Of a stretch of 64,000 nt of DNA, positions 12,533-26,051 are shown piece after piece (positions within the stretch are counted from its first letter, which is position 1; each line of letters opens with the position of its first letter). Below the pieces are notes generated by a model. The model had not been told where the DNA came from, searched no databases, and saw only the letters and a program-made list of their open reading frames with translations. Source of the stretch: Octopus vulgaris (Eukaryota); the NCBI GenBank assembly GCA_951406725.2, contig OX597837.1, positions 12,462,001 through 12,526,000 of the forward strand, in the 5' to 3' direction. Made by a program: the position numbers and the translations under genes.

Positions 12533-13557
12533 CAGCTAAGCCCGGTTTCAGCGGTTGGTGTGGATGATGTGGCTGTAAAGCCTGCTCTGTGTAAGCATTC
12601 GACGTGTCTGGGCACGGTTACATTAACAAACAATTTATTAGACAGTTTATTGTCTCATTTGGTCAGCTTCATTTCATGAAATAAATGGTGGTTGTCTCGT
12701 CACTAGAGTGTATATCGGATTGAATGAAACATGATCTCCAAAACCTGTAATGCATTTAGTATTTAAAATATTTCACAATAATTTGGTAGATTCTGTTACC
12801 GATAAACATGGACGTCATTTATCAACCAATAACGTTAGTTATGATGGTCTCCGGGAATTTCTTCTTTTCTCGTTTATTTAGAAACAGGAGACATCACGTA
12901 AAGTCAAGCAAACGATGATGAAATAAGATAACTGTGAAGGTGCAGAGCTGTGACATAGGTTCTGGTATTTTGTAATGACCTGTAATGTTCGGAAAAGGGA
13001 ATAAAAGCCCGCACTCAGCTGTCTAGTGTAGATATGAAAACTCACACGTATTTAAGAAGCAGTTCATAGATATATGGTGAACAATTGGTTACGGTAAGAT
13101 GTCTGTTCAATTCCTCGGGGGATTTAGTTTAACAATATTTGTTGAAAATCGGATACTGCTAAACAGAATGATAGTAAATTCTTGAAACGCTGCTTGCAAT
13201 GCGGTTTGTATTATTTGATTGGTTTAATTACCTGACATCAGTAATGTTGTTTATTGACGTTTACAATACAGCTTCCTGTTCAGGTGTTCCTCATTCCATG
13301 CAATCCATGAAATGTATTTAAAATGTGTCAGGAAGTGAATACCCAGCTTTAGGAAATATCTTTCAGTGACGAATGTCAGCGAATGTTGCTGGACAAACCT
13401 GGTGAAGATAAGATATAAAGTTCTTGGAGTATTTCATACGTCTTATTTATGTTCTTGGTTCAGGCAAGAGTTAAAAGAAATCAATATTAGTCAATGTGTG
13501 TGTCTGAGTGTCCGCGTGTGTGTATATGAGTATTAATTATGTAAATATATATATATA

Positions 13558-13719
13558 GGCGCAGGAGTGGCTGTGTGGTAAGTAGCTTGCTTACCAACCA
13601 CATTGTTCCGGGTTCAGTCCCACTGCGTGGCACCTTGGGCAAGTGTCTTCTCCTACTGCCTCGGGCCAACCAAAGCCTTGTGAGTGGATTTGGTAGACGG
13701 AAACTGAAAGAAGCCTGTC

Positions 13720-13771
<52 letters not shown>

Positions 13772-13988
13772 ATGTGTTTGTGTGTCTGTGTTTGTACCCC
13801 TAGCATTGCTTGACAACCGATGCTGGTGTGTTTACGTCCCCGTCACTTAGCGGTTCGGCAAAAGAGACCGATTGAATAAGTACTGGGCTTACAAAGAATA
13901 AGTCCCGGGGTCGATTTGTTCGACTAAAGGCAGTGCTCCAGCATTGCCGCAGTCAAATGACTGAAACAAGTAAAAGAGTAAAAGAGTA
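13558..13988 (+). mobile_element. Octopus-type tRNA-derived SINE, family 1
   Basis: Head ggcgcaggagtggctgtgtggtaag...ggttcagtccc (A/B boxes), internal (TA)/(TG), tail gactgaaacaagtaaaagag; multiple copies in the window. Confidence 0.88.
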
Positions 13989-14341
13989 TTTGTATTGGTT
14001 TACAACATGACATATGTTTTGTTAGGTTGTTGAATGTCGCTTCTTCCCATTGAATCTGAGTTAAAATTATGCAGTTTATGATTTAAATAATCTGCAGCTG
14101 CAGTAACTTAATCAAACACGGTAAACGTAAAATAGGCGAATGATCAACAGGTGTGTGTTGCAACAATGAGGATGTTTGAATTCATGCACTTTATACAAAA
14201 TATCCAATTCCATCCTATTGCATTTCATGCTCGGTCCTTAACATGCATATTCTAAATTAAGATATGAGTTAAACTTTTGACCTCTCAACTTTTGACCTTT
14301 AATATAATACAATAATATGAGTTTTCTATATATATATATAG

Positions 14342-14406
<65 letters not shown>

Positions 14407-14994
14407 ATATATATATAAGGGGAGAACAGACAATGTGTATTGGGAAATTAACTCCAATCATAATAATTCTGAAACAGGATCAGATGTCATTAGTAATTAC
14501 AGCTGTGAAAATACAGTTAGTTTATCACCTAACTTTAATGTTAGTTGTCGTAATAATAATCTCAGCTTAGCTCCTAATTTGCAGGGATCAAGTAAAAATT
14601 ACTTTGACGAGAACCGAATACAAGTGAATAAATGCCTGTGTAATTGTCAAAAGAAAATTGTATGCCCTTTAGATAATCAGTGTTTAAGAAAAAATATTTC
14701 TGCAAATCTTAGTGAATGCGTTTAGGATCTCGAAGATAGGAACAATAATTAAAATTTAAAGTAGTCTCTTACTACTTATGCACCATCGTATATAATTGAT
14801 TATTTTATATATGACCCTCACCTTGAATATATTGATGGTATGTATTATATAATTACGTCTTAATACGATTGAATTTCGAAAGACTTTGAAATATTTTGTT
14901 ATATACTGATGTCTACAATGTTTATTCCTAGTTTCATAAAATTTTTTGTTACCCAATGACAGTGAGTCGCCATTGAACAGTAAATGAAATAAAT

Positions 14995-15925
14995 GAACAT
15001 ACACACTAAAAAATATATAACAAAGCATCATTTTCACACGGCGCACGAATTTTTTCCACAATCTAATAAAACCAAAATGTTTATAAGCCAGTTCCATCGC
15101 AGGAATCCACAAAAAAAAATCTTAAACAATAGACAACTATTGTAGGCGTAGGAATGGCTGTGTGGTAAGTAGCTTGCTTACTTCCCATGAGTCTCTGTTG
15201 TCAGTGTTCGCATGTGCCATTGTGTTGTGCACTGAAGAAGATAGCCGGCAGTGTTTAGCCTGCCAAATGAAGCTGCTGCAAGGTAATACTTTTTTCTCTT
15301 GGACCCAGTGAGGGTTCTTGTTTGTGCTTATATTTTTTTTACAAACAAGGAGTCCTCACTGGATTCAGGATGCTGATCTATTTGCGGTTCAGCAATATGG
15401 TCCATAGAAAATGAAAATTTTTTCTCATTGTGAGAAGTACAGTTTGGTGGGCTTACCCTCCAGCCAAAAGTTGTCCACTTTTTAACAGTGTATGTATTTA
15501 CAACAACATTTACCATTATTGGAAAGCTGTATTTCAAGTGTTCACATGAAGTGAACATTTTTTCTCGTTGTGAGAAGTATAGTTTGGTGACGTATCCTGC
15601 CACCAAAAGTCGTTCGCTGTTTCTAAATAGTGTGTATTTTTACAACTACGTTGAAACGCTGTATTTCAAGTGGAGCAGTCCAGGTTCTAATTGGAGTACC
15701 ATAAGGGCTTGGAGTACCTGAATGCCCAGAAGAGTTTTTTGCTGTGTTATTTTAACTCTTGTTTTCTTCTTCTATTGTGACTTTTTATTGAACTGTTTGC
15801 TTTTTTTTCTTCTTCCCTTTTGTTTTATTTTGAATTATCTCTTTCTTTTTTTTGTGAAATATTGTTTTGGACTTTTTATTTTTTAATTTAAAACATGGCC
15901 AAAAATACGGATAAGACTTATATAA

Positions 15926-16017
<92 letters not shown>

Positions 16018-17118
16018 GCGTTTGTGTGTGAAATATTTAGTTGAATGTCGCTTCTTCCCATTGAATCTGAGTTAAAATTATGCAGTTTCTGATTTAAATA
16101 ATCTGCAGCTGCAGTAACCTGATCAAACATGGTAAACATAAAATGGGCGAATGCTCAACAGATTCGTGTGGCAACAATGAGGATGTTTGAATTATGCACG
16201 TTATACACACCACAAAATATATAACGAAGCATTATTTTCACACGGCGCACGAATTTTTTCCACAACCTAATAAAACGAAAATGCTTATAAGCCAGTTCGA
16301 TCGCAGGAATCCACAAAAAAATTTTTAAACAATAGACAACTATTGTAGGCTTAGGAAGAGCTGTGTGGTAAGTAGCTTGCTTACTTCCCACGAGTCTCTG
16401 TTGTCAGTGTGCGCATGTATCTTTGTGTTGTGCACTGAAGAAGAAAGCCGGCAGTGTTTAGCCTGCCAAAAGAAGCTGCTGTAAGGTAAGATTTTTGTCT
16501 CTTGGATCCAGTGAGGGTCATTCTCTGTGCTTATATGTTTTACAAACGAAATCATCACTGGATTCAGGATGCTGGTCTACTGGCGGTTCAGCAATATGGT
16601 TCATATTAATTAAAAAAATGTTTTTCTGATTGTGAGAAGTACAGTTTGGTGGGCGTATCCTCCAGCCAAAAGTTGTCCACTTTTTAACAGTGTATGTTTT
16701 TACAACAACATTTACCATTATTGGAAAGCTGTATTTCAAGTGTTCACATGAAGTGAACATTTTTTCTCGTTGTGAGAAGTATAGTTTGGTGACGTATCCT
16801 GCCACCAAAACTCGTTCGCTGTTTCTAAATAGTGTATATTTTTACAACTACGTTGAAAAGCTGTATTTCAAGTGGAGCAGTCCAGGTTCTAATTGGAGTA
16901 CCATAAGGGCTTGGAGTACCTGAATGCCCAGAAGATTTTTTTGCTGTTTTTTTAACTCTTGTTTTCTTCTCCTATTGTGACTTTTTATTGAACTGTTTGC
17001 TTTTTTTTCTTCTTCCCTTTTGTTTTATTTTGAATTATCTCTTTCTTTTTTTTGTGAAATATTGTTTTGGACTTTTTATTGTTTAATTTTAAACATGTCA
17101 AAAAGTACGGATAAGATG

Positions 17119-17125
<7 letters not shown>
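14995..17125 (+). repeat. ~1.2-kb diverged tandem duplication (14995-15920 vs 16200-17125)
   Basis: Paired ORFs 15328/16518 and 15488/16690 are nearly identical; offset ~1202. Confidence 0.85.
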
Positions 17126-17157
<32 letters not shown>

Positions 17158-17438
17158 CAACAATTGAGGGTAAAATTAATTAATTAATCAATTTCACCAA
17201 GTATTCAGTATAGAAAGGGACCATTTAAGGCGAATTCAAATTATTACATTATATAAAAGGGCTTAGTAAAATAAATTACTTTGCCGCATACTGAACTCAT
17301 TAGAAATAGCAGCTAAAAAAACCTTTTTAAAAACTATTTCCAATACTTAAAGAAAACCTCTCTCATATAGTGTTTGCTCAATTCAACTCACAAAAGTATG
17401 GGGGTAGAGACATTAAAAAATCAAATGCAAAGGTTATT

Positions 17439-17491
17439 TGAGAACGTACGTTTCAAGATTAGTCAAAATCGACACTTCTATCATCAGCTCA
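17439..17491 (-). ncRNA. Minimal type I hammerhead ribozyme, unit 1
   Basis: Minus strand UGAG CUGAUGA uagaagugucgauuuugacuaaucuu GAAA CGUACG UU CUCA: stem I UGAG/CUCA, palindromic stem III, triplet GUU; the base of stem II is non-canonical (U.U). Confidence 0.75.
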
Positions 17492-17997
17492 GAACTCCCT
17501 GGTTTGGATTTGAAAACACTGAAAGTGGGAGCATACCTTTTCGGCTTGTTATCACTTTTGAAGATCTGCTCAAAACTAACAGTGCCAGCAAATTCAAATA
17601 TGCAAGCGAAGAATTTCTGCTCCCCCTTTCCACCAGCGTGGGTTAAAATCAGCAAACATTATGCTTTTTTCGGTAAAATCCGAGGCATTATATAGAGAGA
17701 GATGAATTATAATTTCAACAATTGAGGGTAAAATTAATTAATTAATCAATTTCACCAAGTATTCAATATACAAAGGGACCATTTAAGGCGAATTCAAATT
17801 ATTACATTATATAAAAGGGCTTAGTAAAATAAATTACTTTGCCGCATACTGAACTCATTAGAAATAGCAACTAAAAAAAACTTTCTTAAAAACTATTTCC
17901 AATACTTAGAGAAAACCTCTCTCATATAGTGTTTGCTCAATTCAACTCACAAAAGTATGGGGGTAGAGACATTAAAAAATCAAATGCAAAGGTTATT

Positions 17998-18050
17998 TGA
18001 GAACGTACGTTTCAAGATTAGTCAAAATCGACACTTCTATCATCAGCTCA
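17998..18050 (-). ncRNA. Minimal type I hammerhead ribozyme, unit 2
   Basis: Identical motif to 17439-17491. Confidence 0.75.
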
Positions 18051-18557
18051 GAACTCCCTGGTTTGGATTTGAAAACACTGAAAGTGGGAGCATACCTTTT
18101 CGGCTTGTTATCACTTTTGAAGATCTGCTCAAAACTAACAGTGCCAGCAAATTCAAATATGCAAGCGAAGAATTTCTGCTCTCCCCTTTCCACCAGCGTG
18201 GGTTAAAATCAGCAAACATTATGCTTTTTTCGGTAAAATCCGAGGCATTATATAGAGAGAGATGAATTATAATTTCAACAATTGAGGGTAAAATTAATTA
18301 ATTAATCAATTTCACCAAGTATTCAGTATACAAAGGGACCATTTAAGGCGAATTCAAATTATTACATTATATAAAAGGGCTTAGTAAAATAAATTACTTT
18401 GCCGCATACTGAACTCATTAGAAATAGCAGCTAAAAAAAACCTTTTTAAAAACTATTTCCAATACTTAAAGAAAACCTCTCTCATATAGTGTTTGCTCAA
18501 TTCAACTCACAAAAGTATGGGGGTAGAGACATTAAAAAATCAAATGCAAAGGTTATT

Positions 18558-18610
18558 TGAGAACGTACGTTTCAAGATTAGTCAAAATCGACACTTCTAT
18601 CATCAGCTCA
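18558..18610 (-). ncRNA. Minimal type I hammerhead ribozyme, unit 3
   Basis: Identical motif to 17439-17491. Confidence 0.75.
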
Positions 18611-18978
18611 GAACTCCCTGGTTTGGATTTGAAAACACTGAAAGTGGGAGCATACCTTTTCGGCTTGTTATCACTTTTGAAGATCTGCTCAAAACTAACA
18701 GTGCCAGCAAATTCAAATATGCAAGCGAAGAATTTCTGCTCTCCCCTTTCCACCAGCGTGGGTTAAAATCAGCAAACATTATGCTTTTTTCGGTAAAATC
18801 CGAGGCATTATATAGAGAGAGATGAATTATAATTTCAACAATTGAGGGTAAAATTAATTAATTAATCAATTTCACCAAGTATTATATATATATATATATC
18901 TTCATATATATCTTCATATATATAATTATGTAAATATTTACACACGTATATATATATATATATATATATATTACACAC

Positions 18979-19088
<110 letters not shown>

Positions 19089-19114
19089 GTGTGTGTGTGC
19101 GTTTGTGTGTGTAA

Positions 19115-20030
19115 TATTTAGTACATGGAAACTGAATGTTTGCTTCAGTAGTGAACAAAAAAATAGACTTACAGTGGAGGCGCAATGGCCCAGTGGCTAG
19201 GGCGGCGGACTTGCGGTCGTAGGATCGCGGTTTCGATTCCCAGACCGGGCGTTGTGAGTGTTTATTGAGCGGAATCACCTAAAGCTCCACGAGGCTCCGG
19301 CAGGAATGGTGGTGATCCCTGCTGTACACTTTCACCACAACTTTCTCTCACTCTTACTTCCTGTTTCTTTTGTACCTGTATTTCAAAGGGCCGGCCTTGT
19401 CACTCTCTGTGTCACGCTGAATATCCCCGAGAACTACGTTATGGGTGCACGTGTCTGTGGAGTTCTCAGCCACTTACATGTTAATTTCACGAGCAGGCTG
19501 TTCCGTTGATCGGATCAACCAGAACCCTCGTCGTCGTAACCGACGGAGTGCTTCCAAAAAAAAGACTTACAGTTCTCTTCAATAATTGTTTTTCGCTGGA
19601 CGCCTCGACCTTTCCACTCCAGTGAACAAAGTATTACGTCCAACTCTTCACTATTGATGTAGGAGGAATTCTCTGATTAAGTCCCTTCTTTATATGTAAT
19701 TTCCACAGAAACTGCACATTTGTATCGGTCTAGAAAATGAGCTCTTTTTTGTTAAGTTGTTGAATGTCGCTTCTTCCCATTGAATCTGAGTTAATATTAT
19801 TCCGTCTCTGTTTTAAATGATCTGCAGGTGATGTCACCTGATCAATCACGGTAAACATAAAATAGGTGAATGATCGATAGGTGCCTGTCGCAATAATGAT
19901 GGTATTTGAATTCATGCACTTTATACTATATTCAGTTTCATCCAATTGAATTTCATTGTGTCTTTAAAAGGCATGTCTTCAATTACAATATCAGTTAAAC
20001 TTTCGACCTCTGAAAGGGAAGATCTTGTAA
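19115..20030 (-). promoter_or_regulatory. SLC17 upstream module of copy B, interrupted by a SINE; partial duplicates at ~13988-14310 and ~16040-16205
   Basis: Aligns with 7755-8275; donor GTAAGT is present twice (19167-19172, 19565-19570). Confidence 0.6.
19176..19562 (+). mobile_element. tRNA-derived SINE, family 2, with 11-bp TSD agacttacagt
   Basis: Head tggcccagtggctagg...ggtttcgattccc; tail cgacggagtgct; TSD at 19165-19175 and 19563-19573. Confidence 0.85.
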
Positions 20031-20069
20031 TATAATATAATATACGTTTTATACATATATATATATGTA

Positions 20070-20119
<50 letters not shown>

Positions 20120-20124
<5 letters not shown>

Positions 20125-20209
20125 AGAACCGACAATGTGTATTGTGAAATTAAATCCAATCATAATATTCCTGAGACAGGATTTGATTCCATGAGTAATT
20201 ATAACTGTG

Positions 20210-20296
<87 letters not shown>

Positions 20297-20800
20297 TCAC
20301 CTTAACACCTAAATTGCGGAGAAGAACAAGTAAAAATTATTTTTATGAGTACCGAATACAAGTGAATAAATGCCTGTGTAATTGTAAAAAGAAAATTGTA
20401 TGCCCTTTACAAAATCAGTGTTTAAGGAAAAATATAGTATATCAATGTAAGGTAATAACAGGAGACCACAAGTTTTACTATATTGTTTCATCTGCTACAA
20501 TATGGAAATCGAGATATAATAACTATCATTCATTTAAATATGGAAGGAAAAATATTTCTGCAAATCTTTGTGGATTTATTTAGGATCTAGACGTTAAGAA
20601 CAATATATATAATTTAAAGTAGTCTATTATTACTTATGCACCATCGTATAATATTATTTTATGTATGATCTTCACCTTGAAGATATGTTCTATGTAATTA
20701 CTTCTGAATTTGATTGACTTTTAATGGGAACTTTAAAATAAGATGTTGTCATTAATTTCGAAAGACATTGAAATATTTCAATTCTTAATTATAATAGCTT
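20120..20800 (+). mobile_element. Penelope-like GIY-YIG remnant containing (AAT)n
   Basis: NKCLCNCKKKIVCPLQNQCLRKNIVYQCKVITGDHKFYYIVSSATIWKSRYNNYHSFKY, the Cys-rich linker plus GIY-YIG pattern of PLEs. Confidence 0.8.
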
Positions 20801-21020
20801 TTCAAATACATCATAAGGTTAAATTTTAAAGTTTGAATAAAATTAATAATTAAATAACTAATTGTTGAGACGTAAAGCCTCTAATTTTCTAATAACCATA
20901 ACGTAGAATTCTTAACTTTATTATTTTATTCTTTATGTATCGAGTGACGTCACCAATAGCTGAATCCCAAAATAGCTTTTTTTACATTGCATATTTCTAT
21001 ATTTCTAAGTGTCATAATAA

Positions 21021-21336
21021 GTGAAGGCGCGTGGCTTAGTGGTTAGGGCATTCGGCTCACGACTATTCCAGGCGACGCGTTGTGTCCTTGAGCAAGACAC
21101 TTTATTTCATGTTGCTCCAGTCCACTCAGCTGGCAAAAATGAGTTGTACCTCTGTTTCAAAGGGCCGGCCTTGTCACACTCTGTGTCACACTGAATCTCC
21201 CTGAGAACTACGTTAAGGGTTCACGTGTCTGTGGAGTGCTCAGCCACTTACACGTTAATTTCACTAGCAAATTGTTCCGTTGATCGTATCAGCTGGGACC
21301 CTCGTCGTCGTAACCGACGGAGTGCTCCTATCCTAT
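21021..21336 (+). mobile_element. tRNA-derived SINE, family 2-related, TSD taagtgtcataat
   Basis: Head gtggcttagtggttagg; 3' half shared with the 19176 element; 13-bp direct repeat on both sides. Confidence 0.82.
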
Positions 21337-21692
21337 ATAAGTGTCATAATGTAGAATTCCTATGTTTGTTTTTCACCATTTCGTTATGTACTGACGTCTC
21401 CATTCTTTATTTTTATTTTTCTAAAATTTTGTTGTTACCCAATGACGTCACCATTATTTGAACGCAGCAATCTCTTAGTCTGAATTCGTTTTAGGAGTTT
21501 CTTTTGGTTAGCGCTTATCCGCTGGTCAAATTAGATTTTCACTAATTTTAGATAGCCTTCATAACATTCTGTTAATATATATTTTCGAAAATATTGATAT
21601 TAATTTTAATGATATTTAATAAACACACACACACACATGCACACGCACACATGCACACGCACACATACACACACACGCACACACATACATGC

Positions 21693-22055
21693 ATTGGTCA
21701 TCCCATAAATAATGTGGTTTTTCAATTACATGCACTAAACGTCCGAGGGAATGGGATAAACTACCTACACCAAGTTGCTTTAAATGCAAGTAGTAATTTT
21801 ACGTCGACCTTATTCTTAGTGTAAGTTTTGAAGAGTGCGGTTTGATTTTAACACATATTTTTTCGAACCTATAATGGCAGTGACAAAGCATATTCGGTAT
21901 ATTTTGTTTTATGAGTTCAATGGAAAATCCGAGGAATATTAATGCAGTATATGGGGCTCGGACAATAAGCGTAAACCAGTGTCAGCGGTGGTTACAGAAA
22001 TTCCGAACCGGAAGCTATAGCCTAGTAGACGAGTCTCATCCTCAAAGATCTGTCT
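21693..22055 (+). mobile_element. Mariner 5' fragment (same family as 31086)
   Basis: attggtcatcccataaataatg end and a decayed transposase start aligning with 31086-31470. Confidence 0.75.
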
Positions 22056-22059
22056 TATA

Positions 22060-22440
22060 GCACAGTTCTACCTGCATCATTCCTCTTTTTCATTACTTCT
22101 AGGTAGGTATAGACGGACATTGTCTGTTTTTGGATGCTGCATGTTCTTAGATGTTAGTAGTTTTCTTGTCTTCCTGTCTAGTTAATGATGTTAAAATTGT
22201 ATTGGACAACTGGAAGTGTTAGGATGTTAATGTCTTCGATGCGATTTTTGGAGTTGAGCTTAATTTTTAATGAGTCTTACTCTCTGGTGATACACATTTC
22301 TTATTTTTTTCCTTCATAGTAGCGTGTTGTATGCCATCTCATTCGTTTATCCCCAGGTATTTATAGTTTTATTGTGGGTCTACCTCCTTGATGGTAGTAT
22401 CGGTATCTAGTTTGCTTGAGCAAAAGCTGCTTTATCACAC
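22060..22440 (-). mobile_element. R4/Dong-like non-LTR retrotransposon RT/thumb remnant
   Basis: Decayed minus-strand YKYLGINE..GIQHATMKEKIR...INILTLPVVQYNFNIIN...PKTDNVRLYLPRS. Confidence 0.7.
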
Positions 22441-22443
22441 TTA

Positions 22444-22521
<78 letters not shown>

Positions 22522-23261
22522 ACACAGACATAAACACAATCAAACACACTCTTACACACTTATAAATATATATTTATGAAGGATATAATTTAAATACAGC
22601 ATAAATTGATAATTTATTGAAGGTATATTATACATATGGTAGAAAGATCTCTTGGTGATGATTGGGATTAACTTCAAACGGAAAGCGGAGATGATCTCAA
22701 GAATTACCAATGATATATGATTAAAGAAACATAATCTGTTTCTCTGGAGAGAAAAGACGTGTTTCTACCTCAATAAATTTCATCCTTACGACAGTTACGC
22801 GAGTTTTCCCCCAATAAACATATTTAGACACACATAAAAATACGTTGTTCGTACTTGGGCTAAGCTGGGGATATAGCTAAGAGTAATAGTTCACAGTGAC
22901 TAATAGTTTTTATTTAAAAAAACAATACGAATAAGGGTATGTTAATTCCCACAGAAAATATATTGTTGACTTAACTTGAAATACTCTCTCTTTTGGGGAA
23001 GGTAGGATAATTGCTTGGTGGAAGTTGTGACAAACTGTAAGTGAAAAGGAGAGATAACTACGAGAATCAAGATTTTGTCGAGCTTGACATGTCATTGAGA
23101 AAGAGAGAGCATCATAGTATAAACACGAATGGTCAGCTGACGGCCTATGTGTCTATGTATTTGTAACTCTATCGTTGTTACGGCCAGGGTAAGGAAAGGC
23201 TGAGCTGGTGACGCCTACTCAGGAACAAATACTCTCTGATTACGAAGCTATCTGGGAAACA

Positions 23262-24728
23262 TTATTGAACGATATTATTTATATTCACGTCGCCCGCATT
23301 ACCGCGTGATCCGGGTTCTTGTGATCTTGCCCAAACTTGGAGTTCTCCTCTTGCCATTATTGCGAAGAATATTGCGCCAACTACACATATAGCAGCACAT
23401 AAGGCAAACACGATCTGCCATTGTTCTTGTGTATCGTTTGAGGTTAAAGCTTTTGTAGTTAAAGAATTAATGCTACCCGCTACTGCAGCAAAAGTGTTCC
23501 CAATTCCAAATATGATACCAGCATAACTTGGAGCTATGTCATTGCTGTTGACGATAACACCACCACTGGTAAAGGATATTGCTGTACCACTGAGAAACAA
23601 AAGGAAAGTTATTAAAATGGTCTGGTCACATCTAAGAAATCCTATGGCAGTCAACAGACTTGCTGGAATAATCATAGAAAAGGTTTCGAATAGGACTCTA
23701 ACAGAACGAGTTGACAGATATTTCTTTGAATGTACAAAATCTGCAAATTTTCCACAGAGAGGTAGACCAATCATTAGACCAGCCGAAGGAGCAGACGACA
23801 TTAAACCACTGGATATTACATCAATGTTTAAGGTGTCTTTCATATATAGAGGTAGCAAAACCTCAAAAGTGGACGCCATCCAGTCATAAACGAACAAACT
23901 GAAAATAATGGCCCAAACTGCAGGTGAAGAAAGCAGCCGTTTCCAAGGTACATTTTTAACAACTTTTTCACTTATTGTAGTTCTGTTTATGTAAGAACGT
24001 TCTTCTTCGCTGATAGTGGGATGGACGTCTGGATTATCGTAAACCACATAAAACCACACACAACTAAACACCAACGATAATCCACCGAATGTATAAAATA
24101 TAGAACCCCATCCATTATCAAATCCATATACACAGAGGTAACCAGACATTGATAGACCCACGATATCACCTAGAAACTGACCAGAAAATGTAAACCCAAG
24201 CAAAGCAGAAATTTCGTTTGAGGGCCCCCAATGTCCAAATAAAGACTGAATTGCTGGAAATAAGGGTCCTGATGCTACGCCTGTTAAGATCCTTAGTACA
24301 AGCGTAAAGTAACCACTAATTCGAGACAAACTTGGGTATAAAATTGTAAGAATGGATGCTGAGAGAATCGAACCCCCTAGAACTCGTTTCCCACCGTATT
24401 TGTCTGCTAATAAACCGCCTAGAAAATTAGTTGCCATATATCCGTAGAAGAACCCAGCCAGGATGTTCGCTTGCAAGGTGTCACTCCATTCGAACTCTCC
24501 TTCAAAATTATGATTCATTGAATTATTATCTGAACCGGAACAATATTGGCTGTTTGCAGTAAAATTCACCTCCCCTCTTGTGTGATTGAGGGGTTTCAAC
24601 ATACAAAGAAAGGCCATACTTAGATCCACTCGCATTGTTTGTAGCAGAAGACAACTCATGCAACAAGCATAGCATAATCTCCATCGACATGAAGAATAAC
24701 GCTTAATCCAGTTGGTGAAGGCAGACAT
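23262..24728 (-). CDS. SLC17/sialin-like MFS anion transporter, copy C, intact 488 aa, intronless CDS
   Basis: Complete ORF with multiple TM segments and SLC17 motifs (R..LS.A in TM1, FEWSDTLQANILAGFFYGY, DIAPSYAGIIFGIGNT). Confidence 0.95.
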   Translation of the reverse strand: MSAFTNWIKRYSSCRWRLCYACCMSCLLLQTMRVDLSMAFLCMLKPLNHTRGEVNFTANSQYCSGSDNNSMNHNFEGEFEWSDTLQANILAGFFYGYMATNFLGGLLADKYGGKRVLGGSILSASILTILYPSLSRISGYFTLVLRILTGVASGPLFPAIQSLFGHWGPSNEISALLGFTFSGQFLGDIVGLSMSGYLCVYGFDNGWGSIFYTFGGLSLVFSCVWFYVVYDNPDVHPTISEEERSYINRTTISEKVVKNVPWKRLLSSPAVWAIIFSLFVYDWMASTFEVLLPLYMKDTLNIDVISSGLMSSAPSAGLMIGLPLCGKFADFVHSKKYLSTRSVRVLFETFSMIIPASLLTAIGFLRCDQTILITFLLFLSGTAISFTSGGVIVNSNDIAPSYAGIIFGIGNTFAAVAGSINSLTTKALTSNDTQEQWQIVFALCAAICVVGAIFFAIMARGELQVWARSQEPGSRGNAGDVNINNIVQ

Positions 24729-25813
24729 TTTTGTTAACTTTGATTTCCACTGGTTCTCACAATATTTCGCTTGATGTTTTGGTGAAAGTATATTCAGTGA
24801 TGTGTGCGGTAATTTCTCAATATGGAATCAATGACATAAAAGATTGTCTCAAAAGTCAGCAACTTATTCGTTTCTTTTGGTTAGCTTGATTACATAGAAT
24901 AAACGATGTTTGTTTTGTCTCTGAAGTGTATATTTGATTAGACGAAACATGGACTCCAATAACTAAAATTAAAATGTCTTTAGAACCAATATGCGTCACA
25001 GTTATTCCATCTTCGATAAATATATTCCCTCATCGATAAATATATTTCATTATCGATAAATATAGATGGCGTTTACCAATGAATACAGTATCTGGTATCA
25101 ATACATATCAATCAAGATCTTTTCGTTATATATTTCTTTTTCTTATTATTTAAAACTAGAATAAATCACCGTAAATCAAAAAAATGTCCAAGAAATGATA
25201 TAACTGTAAAGGTACGAATTTGTGAAATATATTTATTTTGGTATAATCTGTTATACTGGAAAAGGCAATATTACGGTATTTAACTGTGTACAGTAGATAT
25301 GATATCTCACTCGTGTTTAAGAGGCAGTTGATGAGCAAATGGTGAGCGACTGGTGACGGTAAGATGTCTGTTCAGTTCCAATTGGTTCTATGATTTGTTG
25401 GATAGTGTTCCTTGTAAAAGTTCGGTGTAGATGCCATAGTAAAACGGTAGCGAATTGCTAGAAAGCTATGCTTGCGAAACGGTTTGTGTTTGATTAAATA
25501 AATAAGCTCTGTATGGCTGTGTGGTGGTGTTTACTATATAGATTCCTGTCCAGTTGAGTCATTCCAGGTAGTCCGTTCCTTGTATTTAAAATGTGATAGA
25601 AGTTAAAGATGGCGTTTCTGGAAATACTAGTCCAAGGAGAAATATTGGCAGGAGTAATTGATGAAGTTGAAAATTAAGTTCTTGGGGTATTTCTGAACGT
25701 CCCATTTTGCCCTAAGGTCAGGCAAAACTTATGCGATTCGACTTTTCGGAATAATAAGTGCCTGTATCGATATAAGAATTACATATTAGTTAACATATAT
25801 ACATACGTACATA

Positions 25814-25890
<77 letters not shown>

Positions 25891-25958
25891 CACCTATACC
25901 ACTAGCTGGCATATACAGGTGCTTACAGTTATCAAGTATTCACCCTGAATTTTTTGTA

Positions 25959-26030
<72 letters not shown>

Positions 26031-26051
26031 TTATATACATATATATATATA

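Larger units (their letters stand above)
17155..18882 (-). mobile_element. Tandem array of 3 x ~560-nt units plus ~50-nt partial, each full unit carrying a minimal HHR; retrozyme/pLTR-like
   Basis: Unit starts (tttcaacaattgagggtaaa) at ~17155, 17713, 18273, 18833; near-identical; flanked by (TA)n. Confidence 0.88.

Noticed and set aside
17374-18825. Repeated 66-110 aa ORFs in the 560-nt array, and the array as a CRISPR-like locus
   Set aside because: Mostly non-ATG starts, disrupted by an indel in unit 1, no recognisable domain; no unique spacers and a eukaryotic context.
24730-25770. Conserved leader as a decayed second cistron
   Set aside because: Trial translations in copies A, C and E show stops and frameshifts at different places, with no consistent frame or recognisable protein.
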